Positions 61,379 to 64,000 of a stretch of DNA of 64,000 nucleotides are shown piece after piece. Below the pieces are notes generated by a model. The model was not told the origin of the DNA. It saw nothing but the letters and a program-made list of their open reading frames with translations, and made no database searches. Where the stretch lies: assembly GCA_963697875.1 (NCBI GenBank), contig OY969099.1:88419-152418 (forward strand), written 5' to 3'. Each line of letters starts with the position of its first letter. Position 1 is the stretch's first letter. Origin of the DNA: an uncultured Actinomycetes bacterium (GTDB lineage: Bacteria > Actinomycetota > UBA4738 > HRBIN12). Made by a program: the position numbers and the translations under genes.

Positions 61379-62345
61379 CCGACCGCGCCGTGCACGAAGT
61401 ACCAGACGAAGATCACGGACACGACGTAGAGCAGCGGGTGCACGTCGCGCGCCTTCCCGCGCAGCACCGCGATGACCGTGTAGGACACGAAACCGGCCCC
61501 AACGCCGTTCGTGATCGAGTAGGTGAACGGCATCAGGCCGATGGTCAGCAGCGCGGGGATGCCGATGCCCGGGTCGCTCCAGTCGATGTCCTTGACGAGC
61601 GTCATCATGAAGTAGCCGACGATCACCAGGATCGGCGCCGTCGCCACGGACGGCACGATCCCCGCGATCGGCGACAGGAAGAGCGCGACCAGGAACAGCA
61701 CGCCCACGACGACCGCGGTGAGACCGGTGCGGCCCCCCTCCGATACGCCGGAGGCGCTCTCGATGAACGTGGTGTTCGACGACGCCGACGCCGCCCCGCC
61801 CCCGACGGCCGCGAGGGAGTCGATCAGCAGGACCCGCTTGACGCCGCGCAACCGGCCGCGGGGCGGGACGATCGCGAGGATCGGGGGCTGGGGCCCGGCG
61901 ACCACGACGCCGGCGTTCGCAAGCCCGATCAAGGCGATGAACAGCCCGATCCGGATGCCGATCGACCGCTTCAGGTCCATGGGGATGGCGTTCATGATGA
62001 ACTCGCGCAGGCCGGTGAGGACGAAGACCGTGATCAGCACGCCTTCGGCGACGATCACGCCCATCGCCTGCGGCCACGTGAGGCCGTTCGTTGCCACCAG
62101 CCCGAACGTCACGGTCACGTTGAGCCCCAGACCCGCCGCCAGGGCGAACGGGTAGTTCGCGAACAGCCCCATCGCGATCGTGGCCACACCCGCGACGAGG
62201 GCGGTCACGGACAGTACCTCGGTGAACCCGAGCTGCGTTCCCGCTCGGTCGGCCACCTGGCCGAGGATCCGCGGGTTCACGAACAGGATGTAGGCCATCG
62301 TGAGCCACGTGGTGATCCCGGCCAGGATCTCGATGAGGACGGTCG
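61375..62345 (-). pseudogene. NCS2/AzgA-type purine permease with large internal in-frame deletion and no clear start
   Basis: AG.TT.LTMAYILFVNP, ALA.GLGLN, ESASGV.EGGRTGLT, MPFTYSITNG present; central helices incl. FD..GT absent (junction ~61860). Confidence 0.7.
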
Positions 62346-62443
62346 ATACTAGGAACCGATCCGACGCCGCGCAACACGGTCTATGGCGGGCTCGCCGCCG
62401 CCCGGTAAGCTGGGTGGATCCCGACGTCAGGAGACATCCGCAC

Positions 62444-63250
62444 GTGGTGAACCAGGGCCGGGGCCCCGGGCAGAGAACGGACCCAGGCCGGCGCCCCACG
62501 AAAGCCGAGCGCAAGGAAGAGGCTCGCGCGGAACGCGAGCGGATCCAGCGCACGATCGCGGCCCGTCGGCGCAACAGGCGGCTCGGCCTGCTGTTCACGG
62601 CAACGGCCGTGGTGATCGTCGTCGCCGTGGTGTTCGTCGTGCAGTCGGGCGCCGCCGGCCTGCCCACCCCAGATTCCCTGCTGGCGAACGCCTCGGCCGA
62701 GTCGGCCGCCGCCGGATGCGACGCGGTCCAGCAGACGCCCAACTACCAGAACGCTTCGGGGAAGGACCCGGACATCGACCACGCGCACATCGGGGCGAGC
62801 ACCGTGTCGAGCCCTCCCCCGCTGTCGTCGTACGCCACCAGCCCGCCTGCGTCCGGTCCGCACAACCCGAACCCGCTGTCCGCCGGGATCTACTCCAGCG
62901 CCCCGGACGTCTATCGGGCGATCCATGCCCTCGAGCACGCGGGCGTGATCATCTGGTACGCCCCCTCGGCCGAGAACTCCGACGCCGTCCGGCAGGTCAA
63001 GGACTTCTACGCGCAGACGAACGACGTCGGCCAGTCGAAGATCATCGTGGCGCCGTACGACTATCCGAGCCAGGGGGTGGCGGGTGTCCTGCCGAACGGG
63101 ATCCAGATGGCGCTCGTGGCCTGGCATCGACTCCAGACGTGCGCACAAGCCAACCTCGCGGCCGCGTACAGCTTCAGCTCGCAGTTCGACATCGCCACGC
63201 CGGGCGGACACTACGTCGGCGAGGCGCGCGAGCCCGGCGGAACGATGTAG
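62444..63250 (+). CDS. DUF3105 domain membrane-anchored protein
   Basis: Y..SPPASGPH, IHALEHAGVIIWY, ALVAW...C. Confidence 0.88.
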   Translation: MVNQGRGPGQRTDPGRRPTKAERKEEARAERERIQRTIAARRRNRRLGLLFTATAVVIVVAVVFVVQSGAAGLPTPDSLLANASAESAAAGCDAVQQTPNYQNASGKDPDIDHAHIGASTVSSPPPLSSYATSPPASGPHNPNPLSAGIYSSAPDVYRAIHALEHAGVIIWYAPSAENSDAVRQVKDFYAQTNDVGQSKIIVAPYDYPSQGVAGVLPNGIQMALVAWHRLQTCAQANLAAAYSFSSQFDIATPGGHYVGEAREPGGTM

Positions 63251-63255
63251 CAGGG

Positions 63256-64000
63256 ATGGCGAAGAAACGACGACCGCGCCGTCCGCCCTCGAAGCGTCCG
63301 CAGCCCACCGGTGCAGAGCAGGGCTCGTCGCCGGCGCCACGGGGCGGGGCGAACCAGGCGCGGCGGGAGCGGAAGGAGCAAGCGCGGAGGTTCCGAGAGC
63401 TTCAGCGCAAGCGCGCTGCGCGACGAGCCTCGATGCTTCGCGCGTCGATCTTCTTCACGATCGGACTCGTGGTGATCGGCGCGTACCTATACCTGAACCG
63501 TGCGCCCGGCGTGACCCCGCTGGCCGGCGAGGTGCGCGCAACCGCCGACGCGGCCGGGTGCGGCTCGATCACGGTCCCCGAGGGAGCGGCTCCGTCTCGC
63601 GATCACATCCCATCCAACTCCTCCTACGACTATCCGCAGCACCCAGCCACGGCAGGGCCGCACGACCCGTCGCCGCTTCCGATCCCTCCACACACCTCGA
63701 CCACGCCCATCCAGGAGACGCGCGCGGTGCACAACCTGGAACACGGGTCGGTGATCGCCTACTACCGCGCCGACGGCGACGGAGCGCTTCCCGCCAGGGC
63801 GGTGTCGGCGCTGGACGACGTCGCGGACGCCTCGAAGGCCTCGATCGCCGCCCCGTACCCCCAGCTTCCCGACGGCACGCAGGTCGCCTTCGCGGCGTGG
63901 AACAAGCTGATGACCTGCGACGGCCCGATGTCGGCGTCGCAGGCGACGACGGTCTTCCGGGGGTTCATCGACAGCTACGAGTGCACCGACAACGCGCCGG
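63256..64000 (+). CDS. Second DUF3105 domain protein, runs off the right edge
   Basis: Hand translation MAKKRRP...TM...HPATAGPH...VHNLEHGSVIAYY...FAAWNKLMTC. Confidence 0.85.
   Translation, partial: MAKKRRPRRPPSKRPQPTGAEQGSSPAPRGGANQARRERKEQARRFRELQRKRAARRASMLRASIFFTIGLVVIGAYLYLNRAPGVTPLAGEVRATADAAGCGSITVPEGAAPSRDHIPSNSSYDYPQHPATAGPHDPSPLPIPPHTSTTPIQETRAVHNLEHGSVIAYYRADGDGALPARAVSALDDVADASKASIAAPYPQLPDGTQVAFAAWNKLMTCDGPMSASQATTVFRGFIDSYECTDNAP

Overview
High-GC actinobacterial chromosome, probably a deep-branching lineage (it keeps the prfB +1 frameshift). Most of the window is core backbone: MoxR/DUF58/transglutaminase, an agmatinase/flavoprotein/GcvT-like cluster, ssrA-smpB-ftsXE-prfB-secA-hpf-comF-ahcY-manB-whiB and F420 biosynthesis (fbiC/fbiA/fbiB). 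A ~9.25 kb island (19269-28519) with visibly lower-GC cargo is integrated at the 3' end of tmRNA by a large serine recombinase, with recoverable att sites. Its cargo is the main candidate new system. It is a methylamine-dehydrogenase-derived (mau-like) cluster: mauE, mauD, a 20-Cys Tat-exported light-chain-like protein lacking canonical TTQ residues, and a mauF-like gene with an in-frame TGA at a conserved Cys followed by a SECIS-like hairpin. These are followed by a SigE-type ECF sigma factor whose anti-sigma partner has a MauB-like beta-propeller as its extracytoplasmic domain. Other items of note are a circularly permuted alkaline-phosphatase-family enzyme, a raiA-motif RNA, a LexA-boxed DUF222/HNH gene, an unassigned four-way-junction RNA candidate and two small Zn-ribbon proteins. 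All family calls come from motif recognition by eye; no database searches were run.
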